A DNA stretch of 59,605 bases, counting the filler, from Sphacelaria rigidula (lineage: Eukaryota), in assembly GCA_964200075.2 (NCBI GenBank). It is 7 parts of 7 records of this genome, joined end to end, with 100 filler letters (N's around TTAATTAATTAA, not from the genome) between each part and the next. Parts side by side here need not be neighbours in the genome. Positions count along the whole stretch, not along the records: positions 1 to 8,430 come from CAXNAA020011155.1; positions 8,531 to 16,960 come from CAXNAA020011156.1; 5 more parts are not named here. One strand, written 5' to 3'. The translations under genes and the position numbers were made by a program. Positions 1 to 11,900 of this stretch are shown here, piece after piece (position 1 is the stretch's first letter; each line of letters begins with the position of its first letter). The notes beneath the pieces are model-generated. The model did not search any database. It had not been told where the DNA came from and worked only from the letters and a program-made list of their open reading frames with translations.

Positions 1-1567
1 GAAGAAGATGACAGAATGTGCCAAAAGTGCCATGATGCTAGACGCGGAAATATCCAAATATTATGATATCTTACAAGGAGTTGCACAAGGATGTACGTCA
101 TCATCCACTTTATTCAAGGTATTCATCAATGATTTGATACTAGCGATAGAAGCATCAAACAAAGGAGTCAAGGTGGGTGAAGATGTGATATCAGGATTGA
201 TGTTCGCGGATGATTTTGTGGGGATTTCAGGAGCACCAGAAGGATTGCAACAACAGATGGACAAAAAAGGCGCTAGAATACACTAGGAAATGGAGAATGA
301 CAGCGAACGTCAACAAATGCGCGGTACTCGTCTGTAACGGAGATGAGAAAAAATCGGAAAAGTTCAAGTGGAAGTGGGGGGAAGAGGAATTCCCGAACGT
401 AAACCAGTATGCACACCTTGGCGTAGAGATCTCAGAACATGTTCTTGGGATGCACACATGGACGAAGTAATAGAAAAGGGTAAGGCATATATGGGAAGGA
501 TGGACGTCATCCTCAGATATTCGCACCTGGACACTAGGATCAAGAGATATACCCTGATGGACGTGATCGTACCAAAGCTGGAATATGCAGGAGAAGAATG
601 GGAGGGGAACGTGAAGTTGGTGAAGAGGTTGGAAACAGTACAGATGGTGGCAGCTAAGAAGATACTTGGNNNNNNNNNAAAACGACGAGTAATACAGTAC
701 TGAGAGCAGAGTTGGGAATGTACTCACTAAAGACAAGCAGAGACATGAGGAAATTGCGATGGCAATATCGCGTAAAGAACATGCAGAAACAGAGACTGCC
801 AGCTATACTTGATAGAGCTGTATGGGAGAAAAGTACGAAAGGGCATACTATCAGGTGGGATGAAGAAGTCGAGAAAGTATGAGAGGAAATAGGAGGAAGC
901 CAAGACGAAACGCTGTCCATAGATGAAGGCGCGGGGTACAAGACAAAAGCAAGATACATGGTGGAAATAAGGGGAAAAGACGCGCTCAGACGCAGAGTAG
1001 ACGAGGAACAATCCCTTGAGATATCCGGGTGGTTGCGAGAGGGGATCGAAATGAAAGCATATTTGCATGGCCCCATGGACGCGCCGAAAAACATGAAACT
1101 GCGATTTCGGGTGGGGGGCCTAGACCTGCCAGAAAGAAGAAAGATATATACCAGAAGTCGAAAGGAGGAAGAAGTAGATGGACAGAACTGCCTCTGTGGC
1201 GAAGGAATAGAGAGTAGGAGTCATGTAGTGCAGAATATGAACTATGCAAGGAGGAGCAGGACGTGCTAGAGGGGGAAACGCGGGACGTGAACGAAGGTGG
1301 CACGAAATGGTTTGATGCATTTGACAGCGAGAAAACGATTGTTATACTAGGAGATACATGCTGGCCACATACGGCGAAACAGGACGGGGATGAGATATGT
1401 AAAAGGTACTTGTGTAATGCAAGGAAGAAACGTGATAAGCTATGGAAGAAACGTAATGAGCGCCAGAATGTTGAAGGTGTGTCCATTAGCAGTACGAACG
1501 GTGCTCCGTCTCGAAAGGGATGCGTGGTCAATGGTCAAACGACCAAGGCAAGCAACAAATGAGTGCA
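1..1567 (+). mobile_element. Decayed non-LTR retrotransposon (LINE), 3' portion: RT domain, degenerate C-terminal CCHC-like motif and 3' tail; frameshifted
   Basis: Overlapping ORFs give RT motifs QGCTSSSTLFKVFINDL, LMFADD, KWRMTANVNKC, YAHLGV, SWDAH, PKLEYA and then CLCGEGIESRSHV. Several frameshifts and stops. Ends in GGATGCGTGGTCAATGGTC...ATGAGTGCA followed by a C tract (1568-1625). Clade not determinable by eye. Confidence 0.92.
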
Positions 1568-1998
1568 CCCCCCCCCCCCCCCCACACACCCCCCCCCCCC
1601 CCCCCCCCACACACCCCCACCCAAACAGACACCCCCAGCCCAGGAAATAGCGCCGCAGTATATCGTGGACACCACACATCATGACCTCACCCATAGGCCC
1701 CTGGCACACTTTCCTTTTCATAACTGGCTTGGCTCCTAAGTTGCGCAAGCTGCCACTCTACCTTAATTTCAACTAGAGAAAAAAGGTGTGTAGAGGATGT
1801 ACGACTTGGGCGTTGCCAAGAACTCGTGTTGGGGGTTGAACAGTCTTGCCTTTCATATTTTGAGAAGTTGGGACCTGGAGCTCCCACACGAGATTTTTAG
1901 AACAGGCGTGGAAAGTATCAAAAGTAGCGCCGAGAAAAAAAAAATCAGAGCGATATGAAAAACTCGAAAACACATATTTTATTTTCATTATTTATTCC

Positions 1999-2070
1999 TC
2001 GCACTTTGAACCCCTCCCCTTCCTCGGGATGAGTCCGTGGTCTCAAGGGATCAACCCATCTCTCCTCCGG
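1999..2070 (-). repeat. ~80-bp interspersed repeat with AT-rich tail (probable retroelement 3' end); other copies at ~23980-24050, ~28225-28270, ~44963-45045, ~47993-48070
   Basis: Core TCGCACTTTGAACCCC..CTCGGGA.GAGTCCGTGGTCTCAAGGGATCAACCCATCTCTCC recurs five times in both orientations, mostly next to an A/T-rich simple-sequence tail. Confidence 0.8.
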
Positions 2071-2214
2071 TACGTGCCTTACACTGTGCTCTCGCGGATT
2101 GGGTAATGACCATCAGTACTCCCGCACCGCGTCAACTCACGTCACAAAAACTCAGTCGACTACTTTGTTTACTCACGTTCTCGCGCTTCCCACGGTGGAA
2201 ATCAGATACGACGA

Positions 2215-2300
2215 AGAAAAAACCCAACGCATCGGGAATCGAACCCTCGTTCTCTCCACCCTAATGGCGACAGTCGGACCATTACGCCACCGGGTCGCAG
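2215..2300 (-). mobile_element. tRNA-derived SINE head (family 2); partial second copy at ~4240-4295 (+)
   Basis: Minus strand reads GACCCGGTGGCGTAATGGTCCGACTGTCGCCATTAGGGTGGAGAGAACGAGGGTTCGATTCCCGATGCG, with Pol III A box and B box. No convincing acceptor or anticodon stem. Confidence 0.6.
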
Positions 2301-4029
2301 CGGCATAATAAAGGTAAAAGTGTAATTCGATGAAAAGCAAAACTCTCGCCAGTGGCGTGAAGAAGTCTTGACTTGCGTATAAAACGTCCTTGACGAAATT
2401 CGGGCCAAAACTCCTGAAAATCGAGCAGGGCATTCCAACCTCTTGTGTGAAACCTCTGCACCCAGCAACACCACTGGTACAGGAGAATTCCTACAGGGTG
2501 GAAGGTCACGAGATCGAAACCCCGCAGATCCTTCTGTTTTTTTAGCAAAATCTGATTCCTTGTTGAGGTAAATTTTTTATGGACTATATTTCTATGTTGT
2601 GTTTTTAGTGGCAGCGTGTCATCCTCAGGTTGATCTACAGTCAACAGCAATATATTTACATCGGGCTGACTCGGGAAAAACTGAACAAGTTAACGTGTGC
2701 CCAAGGAATGCTGGCTTCTTGGCTGGCCCAGCTCGTAGAATTCTCGCGGATATCACAAGAGACATTACATGTTTTCATGTCCGATTGGATTCTTTGATAA
2801 GGGGTATCATCAAGGGGGAATTTTTTTCAGTTTTTTTACTTTTTCAAAAATGTTTTTTTCCCCAAAATTTCCAACAAATTAAAAAAATAAAATAAGAAAA
2901 AGAATACGATGATGAACCTTTGCGGCAATCGGCAATCGGTAATTCGTCTCGACCTGATCTAATGCCTGACCTGGTTGACAAGAAACTTCATCACATTTTT
3001 GGCAAAAATTTGGTGAGTATCCGAGACATTGATATCCAGGATTTCGTCTGAGAAAAGTTCCGTTAATAATACCCCAACGTAGACACGGGCGCCCACCTGG
3101 AAGGTAGGTCAACCGAAAACGTGGGTCACGCCATAATCAGTGAGATATTGTGATGGGAAGTATCCAAGATATGTGGCGTCGATACTTTCCTGTTTCGGGG
3201 CTTTGTGTCTCATGTTCCCAAACTCAAATATTCCCTTATACGTGTGGGTGTGTGTGTGTGTGAACTAGGCTTCGCTAGGGGTGAGGCAGTAGAGTTACGG
3301 GTCCCGAAAAGGAACGCTGTCGTACCCTGCTGCCGAAGGATGTCCAGAGCGAGGCGTAGTTCTCGCTCTTGTCATTCAGGCAAGGATGCAGCCGTGACCG
3401 ATGGTAGGCAAGGAGAAGGAGTGAACGAGGTGGTAAGGTAGTACCAGCTGCGTGCCACCAGAGTTCATGCGGTGACCCCGTTGTTTCGGGCTCTTGTACG
3501 GGAGACCCTGTTTGCCTAGATTGCCCAAGATCCAGTTTCACAGGTTTGAACGTTTCGGGTCCGCTCATGTGTGTCACTGGCGGATCCCGCTCCTGAGACT
3601 GTTTCGCCGGCTTGCATATGTATTTGGATGTGCACTACGCTCATACATGTGTGGTCTCGACATACATATATATACATATATATATTTGTAATGTTTTGCA
3701 TCGCCTCAAGAAGCAGCGATATACATATAAACACGGTTTCAATATGCATGCGGGGAAAAAAAGTAGAGTCCAAGATAGCAAATCAAGAACCAAATGTTTA
3801 ATTCAATGCGCACACTGTGTACCCAAACGGTAAATTGAATCTGTATTAAACATACGACTATTTTCAGTTGATCGCTAGATCCGGCGATATTTTGTCGCAC
3901 ATGTCAACTGATGTGCTACATATTTAGCTGTGGTTACATAATCGACATACCTAAGTCAGTGCACGCTAAAATCACTCCATCTTCATGGTCAACAATCGGT
4001 GCCGTCGCACCAATCAGTTGGATTCAGTA

Positions 4030-4232
4030 GTAATGACGACCATGATGATGATGATGATAGTGATGATGATTCTGATTACGATTACCATCAGGATTTCAAT
4101 TATAACTGCGATCATGATGGCTGTTATAATCATTCTATCATGATTATTTCAATGACTTCCATGGCCATGACGATGATGATTATCATGACTATGATCATGA
4201 CCACGATCATGATATGATTAGCAGTTACTATG
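4030..4232. repeat. Degenerate (GAT/CAT)n microsatellite
   Basis: Imperfect ATG/GAT/CAT triplet run. Confidence 0.8.
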
Positions 4233-4304
4233 ATTTTGCCGCCACGCCCCGTTGGTGTAATGGTCCAACTGTCATCATTACGGGGGAGAGAACGGTACGT
4301 CTGT

Positions 4305-4380
4305 CATGTGGATCATGACAGCGGCTGGATTCCTCAAGAAACAAGTTAAGTGCGATCACCAATCAATCGATCAATCAATC
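4305..4380 (+). repeat. Short interspersed repeat ending in (AATC)n; related copies at ~5455-5498, ~17795-17896 (-), ~30225-30255, ~50140-50205
   Basis: Shared GTGGATAATGAC..CGGCTGG...CAGT.TAAGTGCGA followed by TCAATCAATC; some copies carry only the 3' part. Confidence 0.6.
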
Positions 4381-5035
4381 AGTAGAGGTGCCGAAAACTT
4401 TCGTAGCGGTTACTGCTCGCGTCGAAAAGAGTGCCTTCATTACTGGCGAAGCTTTCAAAGTTTTACATTTGAGCAAATTGGAGATGTTTATCAAACTCAC
4501 TTTGATTATGGAAGTTTGTCTAGTGATGCAGAGGCGTTGGGTCCCCCATGACCCATCACTTATAAGTAGCGATGACAGCGGTATGTACAGCGGCTCCCCA
4601 CCCTCGCTCAGCCTGAGGCGTTCAGAAAAGTTGAAAGAAGGTCCGCGTGAACAAAAGATAAAACAAAACAAAACGTAACACAACACAACATCAAACGAGC
4701 GCAATCTTAACATGAAATCGGAAACAAAAAACACATAGTGTACGAGAAGCAGAGATGCGATTATTTTCCAGTTTTCAGTCATGTTTGTGGTGCAGTCATT
4801 GACCCCGCTCCACTTCCCCTCCCCCTCCGCAGACGATCCAGCAGCAAGGCAGTTTTGAAAGAATCAACACATCTCTGCCACGGTACTTCGCACATTCTTC
4901 GCGTTATGGTGTCATGGTTTCAGGCATTGGATCAGGAATCCCACAGTCTGTGAGCTTCCACCAACGGATCATATCAACATCGCCCAACTCACATAGCATT
5001 AATTTGCTTTCAGGGTATCCCCCCCCCCTCCCTCC

Positions 5036-5082
5036 GCGAGGTCAATGATCTTATGACTATGGCATACATGATCATGAGTACA
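5036..5082 (+). mobile_element. 5'-truncated retroposed 3' tail (LINE-partner family) with 13-bp C-rich flanking duplication
   Basis: GCGAGGTCAATGATCTTATGACTATGGCATACATGATCATGAGTACA, flanked on both sides by CCCCCCTCCCTCC (5023-5035 and 5083-5095). Confidence 0.75.
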
Positions 5083-6454
5083 CCCCCCTCCCTCCTCCAT
5101 CCAATTCAATGGGTTCATGGATGATTTCAGAGCTCAAGCTCGCATCATGATGGTCGTAACTTGTGCCCGTCTAATCTTGCATCGGCAGGCAGTGCCTCAC
5201 AGAGTAGTAAGTAGTTCCTCAGCCACAATTGCAGCGAAAAAACGTTGCTGTCACCCGCATCTTCCACACCGTGGGGCAGGCACGTGTTTTTACCTCTAAC
5301 TCTAGCTACCACGTCTGGATCTGTCGGGGATCAGTGATTGTGCAACATAATGTTCAACACTCGATCACCCATCCAATCATTCAACCACTCGTTTTCGGAG
5401 CATATCCTTCAGCGAGTGTTTCAGTTTGTTCTTTTTCGGGTTACGTTACGTCTATAATGTGACCACGATCAGTTAAAGTGCGACAATCAATCAATCAATA
5501 AAAGAAGGAGTGTTCATGAAGAACATATTCTGCCCACCGTCTGTGCTCAAATACTTGCGCATGTATCTTCTCCTCAACAGGAGGCTTCCTGGCTGATCTG
5601 CCTTGTTTTTGGAAGGAACGCGCTGTACGTGTCCAAGGAACAGTGAGTGTTGCAGCGACGAGACTGACTGTATGTTTCGTGTGACATGTGCTCAACAGCG
5701 GAGCTCACTACTGCATCATTTGATCAGCCATAACCACAACATGAGCAGTGTATATATGTGTGTGTGTTGTCACCCCAGCTATTCTGGACGCCAGTCTACA
5801 CCTTCCGGAATATGTGGACGCATCAGCCGGGACAATATAAACGATTCCCAAGATGAACGGGAAGGAAAGACGAGGGATACTCGTAAAAGTGCAGAGATCG
5901 AAGAACGAAATATGAAACGAACGAAGTGAATAGGAGACACGAAAAAAAACGAAGAAGGCAAAGGAGAATAGAGGCGAGACGAGGGGTAAAACATGCCTCC
6001 GACAAGAGAAAGTTCGATCTTGGAAGTTGGAGATCGCGCACATGCATCATTATTAGTACTGCCCCTCCTCCCAGTGTATACTCACAGCAACGTCTCCTAC
6101 AAATCTAACTATGATGCCAATGAATCTAGGATTTCGCAGCTTTTTTCTCTGTTGGGCTGAAAAGTTGGCACACGGCGCGATTTGAGAGAACATACATCAT
6201 AGACCATGTAGAGTACCTGAATGAAAGCCAGGGTAGCTCGTTAGCTGCAGTGGTATTGGTGACGTGGCATGTCGGTTCTTCCGTATCTGACCTCCCCTCG
6301 TCCGTATATGACGGGCGCGTCTCTTGAATGACCGGCACCCAGGCCATGAGGCTGTCGAAAAGCTGTAACAAGGGGAGAAGAGAAATAAAAAAAATAAAAA
6401 AGAGGGAAATGATAAAGAGGCAGAAAAACTACAATGTATGCAAAAAAATACATA

Positions 6455-6997
6455 CCACTCTGTTCCGAAATATAAAGAGAGATTTGGTTATTCTGCCCTT
6501 CAGATCGTGTGCGCGACGGAAAACCACCCTAAAAACGATGCAACAATGAGTGAGGGATGGTCGACAAACAGCTTGAACACAGTTTCCACACGGCCGAAGC
6601 TTGCTTGCTCGAGCAACCGAACTGCTGTGTGCGACTCGCTTGATGTCGTCATGGGCCAACTTGCCGCTGTTGCTGCCATCGAGGAGCTCGTGGATCAAAG
6701 CGCGTCTCTCATTTTCGTTCAGATTCTTTCTGCTCACCCTCCCAGCAGCGCCTCCAGCAACGGACAACGTGAACAGACTACAGGAAGACAGCTTAAGCGA
6801 GATTTTACTTTTCGAGCTCTGAGTGCCTCTGTTTTGGATGCTGCTGTGGGCACATGGTGTAATGTTGACAAAATAACGGTTCTGACAGTCTCGCTGGATG
6901 ACCCCAGAAACGATGCAAGAAATCGTTAAGCAGAAAAAAAATGCGGGAGTTCTTGACCAGCACATCCAAATCTACCTTACATTTCGGAACAGATTGG
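6455..6997 (-). mobile_element. Internally deleted Tc1/mariner element (Stowaway/plant-mariner-like) with transposase N-terminal remnant
   Basis: ~32-bp TIRs CCA(C/A)TCTGTTCCGAAAT(A/G)TAA...AGATTTGG at both ends, TA on each side (6453-6454, 6998-6999). Internal minus-strand peptide RKNLNENERRALIHELLDGSNSGKLAHDDIKRVA resembles the N-terminus of plant mariner transposases. Confidence 0.85.
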
Positions 6998-7568
6998 TAT
7001 ACAAGCAACGATCAGGCTGTCGTTCGAACACCTGAAAACGACCCTCCCTTCTCCCGCGAACTAAGACCGCTTTGCACGGCAACCAATCCGTATTAGTACA
7101 AATACAAAAAAGTATGAGGATTTCAGTCCTCTGCAGCGTATTTTCTCCCGAGAATGGATTTTTCGGACCCCAGTCCGTTGGGCAATGTTTTTCGCCTAGC
7201 TCTGAGAAAACCGTATCAATTCTCCGATTCTCTAGACGTTGACTTTGGTTCATCACGTTTCTGCTCAGATCGGGAGACTCCCGCATCTGACGACCTCTCT
7301 TGATCGAATGGATAAAGCGTTTACAAAAAAAAACGTTGTCACTTTGACTACCGCGCGCGTGAGCGAACACGCAAAAAACGAAAATGTTGGAGGAAAAAAA
7401 AAAAGACTGACTATGGAAAATGACGAAAAACGAAAATGATGAGGAAAATCACGGCCGAGAAGACAAAATGATATACGGTAGGAGCAAATATATCAACATC
7501 CACCCGTAGGCCATGTTCCAATGAAGAGACTCCATATCGTACCTCTCTTGGAAGGCCCAAGCAAGCAG

Positions 7569-7702
7569 ATCTCGTGGAGATGACAGCGGGCCAGGACGAG
7601 CTGATGTTGTTGAGCACGCTTCTCCCGCATACCGAGAGATCAAACGCGGTGAAGTACCAGCTGTTCGGCAAAGAGGCCAAATTTCTTTCTCCCCAGTGTA
7701 AG
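7569..7702 (+). CDS. Putative isolated internal exon, unknown protein
   Basis: CAG acceptor, AG|GTATGC donor, open frame LVEMTAGQDELMLLSTLLPHTERSNAVKYQLFGKEAKFLSPQCK, GC3-rich. No recognised homology. Confidence 0.4.
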
Positions 7703-8322
7703 GTATGCTCGGACGCTGCGAGTACGCAACGGTTTATGCGACAGCCGGGAACAACCAGGGAAACGATGCTGAGACTTCAAGGGAAGGTCGTGCAGGGAAT
7801 ACCCGATATATTGGTATTTTGAAAGCTGGAGCATCCGACCCATGCCCACAACAGCAGCCAGCCCAGTGTTGTCACTCCCCTCTCTAAAGCCCATACAAGT
7901 CACTGTTACTGACTTGGGCAGGCGATGTTCGATTTTCCAAACTATTGGGTATACCCTACCCGGCCTCCCCTTAAAACACTTGCTTCACCAGTTGCTGCAA
8001 AGGTAAGAAAAAAACATTTTTTGTTTCCCGTCACACTTCCAACCACTCCCCTGCCTTGGACGACTAGTCCGTGGTCTCGAAAGATCACCATATCTTGTTC
8101 CCCGGCGCATGCCTCACATTTCGATATCGCGGGCTGGGTCAACACCCTCGCAGAACGTGATCTAGGACCGAAACTCTCGAGAGCCTGGCACCGCGTGCAC
8201 TGCGCCAAGTTGATGGTGGGATTTAGTGGGTCTGACCCCCACACGGCCTTCAGCAAAGCTTGCGGACGCTCGAGGCGCCCACCCCACAACACTGCCATGA
8301 GTTCGCCCCCCCCCTCACCGGT

Positions 8323-8430
8323 ATGGTGAGACACCCATGAGGCAGTGTATAAGCTGTGGCTGTCACTGGAAGTGACGACACCAGAAAATAAAGCAACTCA
8401 TTGTAGGTTGTCATCCAAATGCAAGATAAT
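8323..8430 (+). mobile_element. 5' part of the ~300-bp non-autonomous LINE-partner element, cut by contig end
   Basis: Matches 25119-25225 and 45938-46045; preceded by a C tract. Confidence 0.75.
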
Positions 8431-8530
8431 NNNNNNNNNNNNNNNNNNNNNNNNNNNNNNNNNNNNNNNNNNNNTTAATTAATTAANNNNNNNNNNNNNN
8501 NNNNNNNNNNNNNNNNNNNNNNNNNNNNNN
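8431..8530. other. Artificial contig spacer N44-TTAATTAATTAA-N44; also at 16961-17060, 25490-25589, 34019-34118, 42548-42647, 51077-51176
   Basis: Identical 100-bp linkers with stops in all frames, separating contigs of 8430, 8430, 8429, 8429, 8429, 8429 and 8429 bp. Confidence 0.98.
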
Positions 8531-8716
8531 CTCTCGCAATAAAGAAGAAGAACAAGCACCGCAGAAGGGAGGTGGGGTACTGAAAACAGATGAAAAAAAA
8601 AAAAAACATGCTCCTGTGTTGACCATCCTCTTGTGTGATCCCGGCTGGTGCGCCCACATATACCGAAAGGGGTAGACCGGCGCCCAGAATAGACGGGACA
8701 ACAACACGCACACATA
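8531..8716 (+). mobile_element. 3' half of tRNA-derived SINE (family 1); 3'-tail fragment also at ~5757-5831 (-)
   Basis: Reverse complement of 22936-23110 and 32892-33070; ends in a CAA/CA-rich tail. Confidence 0.8.
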
Positions 8717-8906
8717 TCACTCCCAATCTCACGAAATTCCTTCATGCGGGGTTGATTGCCCTGAAAACAGCACTTGGCACACGCCCATCATCATTGGTCA
8801 CTCATTTGAATTAATACTCCCCGCAGCATCCGGTCGTATCATCGGTGTCTTGTAAGTTTCGACTCTCCCATGCCGTTCGCCAAGCCAGACTCGGAAAGAG
8901 AGAAAA

Positions 8907-11900
8907 CTACCGTTGACGTGGGTATGCCGGTGGCTTGAATACCTCAACCACATGGTGAAGTGAAACATCCTCTAGGCGGCTGCTGCTCCATTTCGGTGGT
9001 CCATCCTGCCCAATCGCACAACACGGACAATCACTAGTCACAACCATGCGCGAAAGTGATTTTAGATTCTCCCACATATATGTGCGTCTGTAGTGCAGGA
9101 CAGGGAGAGTAAACACCTGGTCAACGGTGTAACCACTCACCAGCCTCCAGGGTCGCGGAGTTGCCCGGGAACCACACCTCATCCCTCTGGAGAGCGGGTT
9201 TAAGAACATATAACGTCAGCTCGGGAGTTATTTATTTCCATCATCTACCAAGGGTGTCTTCCTCGGAACCAACATCTTTGTACCGCATCATAAGTGCGGC
9301 ACTTGTCTTCGCGTCTTTCTCGTGCCCGGCCACCTCCCAGCGTTTGTGCCACGCCACAAACCCAGATGCACCACGATGCTATGATGTGTAAAAGTGACGT
9401 CCGAACTATTTCTTTACCGACCACTTTCCATGCTTCTCTTCGGGAAAAATAAACGAGCTGGTTCACGCTCATCATCCGAATTGTGTCATCAGCAAACGTC
9501 TTCCGCAATATTTACCCGACAGTTGCATACATGAGATCATGAAGATTGTCGCATCTCCACATGCTTCAAATCGTAGCAAGCGCCTTGAGCTCGGGAACTT
9601 GATGGGGAAAGCATATTTGAAAGCGGTTACCATGGGATCAAATTATACCCCAAACCGTAGTATTTCGGTGATGTGGGGTTTTGGGGTCGTCGGATGTCCA
9701 CTGATGATACGGACCAAACACCTTTAGAGCTTCCCCACAGTTCATCTTGTATCTGTGATAAAAAAATCTCAAATAGACCTCAAACTTGGCAGCTCGGTAG
9801 GTATTGGTGCTCAAAATAGGAAAATGTAGTGTCGAAAATAAACTCGACGTCTTCCCACTGCCTGGAGACCCCCGTAAGGCGGTGCAAAATGCCTCACACC
9901 AATTAATACAAGAAAAGTATGCGCGTCCTGAGGTAGTCCAAGGAGCATTGGTACAAAGTTTCACGGTTCGGACGAATCGTCGCCGGTTCGAATCACCAAA
10001 TCCACGATTTCTCAGGCCTGATTGCTCGAGAGAAAAGAAGTCGACCGCTGGTCAAGAAGGTCTACGCAATGCACGTGCATGGGCTGCGCGTACCTGGCTT
10101 GCAACGCTGAACACAAAGCCCAAGGATTGATTCGTACTATCAATCACATTAAAATCAAGTAATAGCGCAGACGACTCATCAATTCGTCCGACCCTTGCAA
10201 AGTTTCGTTGCGAAATTCGAAAACCTGACGCGGGTTTTCTCGTCTTCACGTCAAAATACGATACCATACGAAAATCAAGTAGTCGGGAGTTTGTACGTTT
10301 CAAACTCGCTCCATCGCACAAGAACGCAAATATTCACACTGATTTTTTTCGTTAGACTCTGAAACATTCCACACATACTATGGGCTATTAACAGACACTT
10401 CTCATGGAAGGGGTCTTTCGTCCTCTCCTAATTTCGCCAGTTTTCGGGGGCCCAGAAGGGCACGTGGTCCCCCCAAACCCTCCCTCAATACCCAATGCTC
10501 AAGGAACTGGGAATATAGCGACTAGAGACCATGAACATTCCCAAGGCAGCATATATTCTTGGTATGAAGCAGGCAAGACCATGCGAAAACGCTCATACAA
10601 AACAAAAACTAAGTACAACATCAAGTGGTGCAATGAACACAGCCCTCCTCACCTCGGGATATTCGTGCGCTTGCATCGCGCTCTCGAAGTCATCCATGGC
10701 AAAAAGGTTCGTGTTCACGGCAAACTCATCGTCTAGACACTCCTCCAAGCTGTTTGTTGCACCCCTCGTCACCTGCTCGAATATTGTCTTCAGGCTCAGA
10801 GGTGATGAACGACCTGAGATGCAAGCATATACACACGACCACCCATATTGTTGAAGATGTGCCACAGCATGGTCACAGATCACGAGGGGAGAGCAGGCAA
10901 GTGCGGCATTGTGCGGAGAATAGAATCGATGATGGTGTAAACAATTCTACAGAAATGAAGTGCACTCCAACTGACAGGTAGCAACACTTTCGTCGTAGGA
11001 TAGAACGTCAAGTGAGTGGTTGCCACGGTATAAGAGCTTTCTCCTCACCCATGTTCTTCAAAGCCGACTGCGCCCATGGGGACGTGCTTCCGGCTAGATT
11101 GTCCAGCGCTTCTTCCACGCTATCGACAGTGAACACGCGCTCCACCTAGGGGTCCAATTGCAACATACATCATGATAAAAAGAAGCCATTAGGATCATCT
11201 TTTATAAAAAAATATGATGACTCAGCACTGATATACGTTGTCACGAATGGAACAGCCGTAACTACGAACACGCACCCTTTCGCAACGAGGGGTTGCACCA
11301 ACATCGACCACTAGGGCACACTCCGACGAAGAATACCTCCGGTAAGATGTCATGCAGAGGGCTCCGGTGCTCTTCTGGCCTGCCATCCTCCCCTTTCATG
11401 GAAAAGTCGTTTGAATCAATTCCATCCACATTGTACGACAAATCGCAAATGTCTTCTATCATCCGGAGCACAGCGGGTCGCCCTGCTCCAGTTGGCTCGT
11501 TCTTGTCGAGATCTTCGAACGGGCTGTGAGGCACACTTTGGGCCTACGTGACGCAAGGGGAGAGTAACAGCTCAGCCGGTGCTAGACGAAATTTATACAA
11601 TGTTGGACATCATCAACCGAGCGATTGCTTTGACACGACGTGATCCATGGTTTTGAAAACGTGATTACTTGTAATGCCTTTTTCAACCATCGAACACCGC
11701 GAGTGGAAATGGCCGAGCTACACGTGGCAGTTTTGATTTGATGGTTCAAATATCAACGATTTGAATCGAATACTTACATCGGTAACCCTTTCCACCAAAG
11801 TTGCCAAATGATCGTACGTGAAGTACTGGGAAGCAAGCTGTGCTGTCAAGAGGTCTGCACCCTGCAGCGCCATACCCGATAACCCCAGGCACAGCCCCAG

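Noticed and set aside
2390-3200. Possible highly diverged fold-back
   Set aside because: Only short scattered complementary matches; not distinguishable from chance by eye.
3268-3432. Possible + strand exon ending at GTG|GTAAGG
   Set aside because: Splice-like ends, but no homology and no phase-compatible partner exon.
9638-9964. Minus-strand ORF with Walker-A-like GSPGSGKTS
   Set aside because: Inside intron 9 of the HIBCH-like gene, with no other NTPase motif or splice context; probably chance or an unidentifiable relic.
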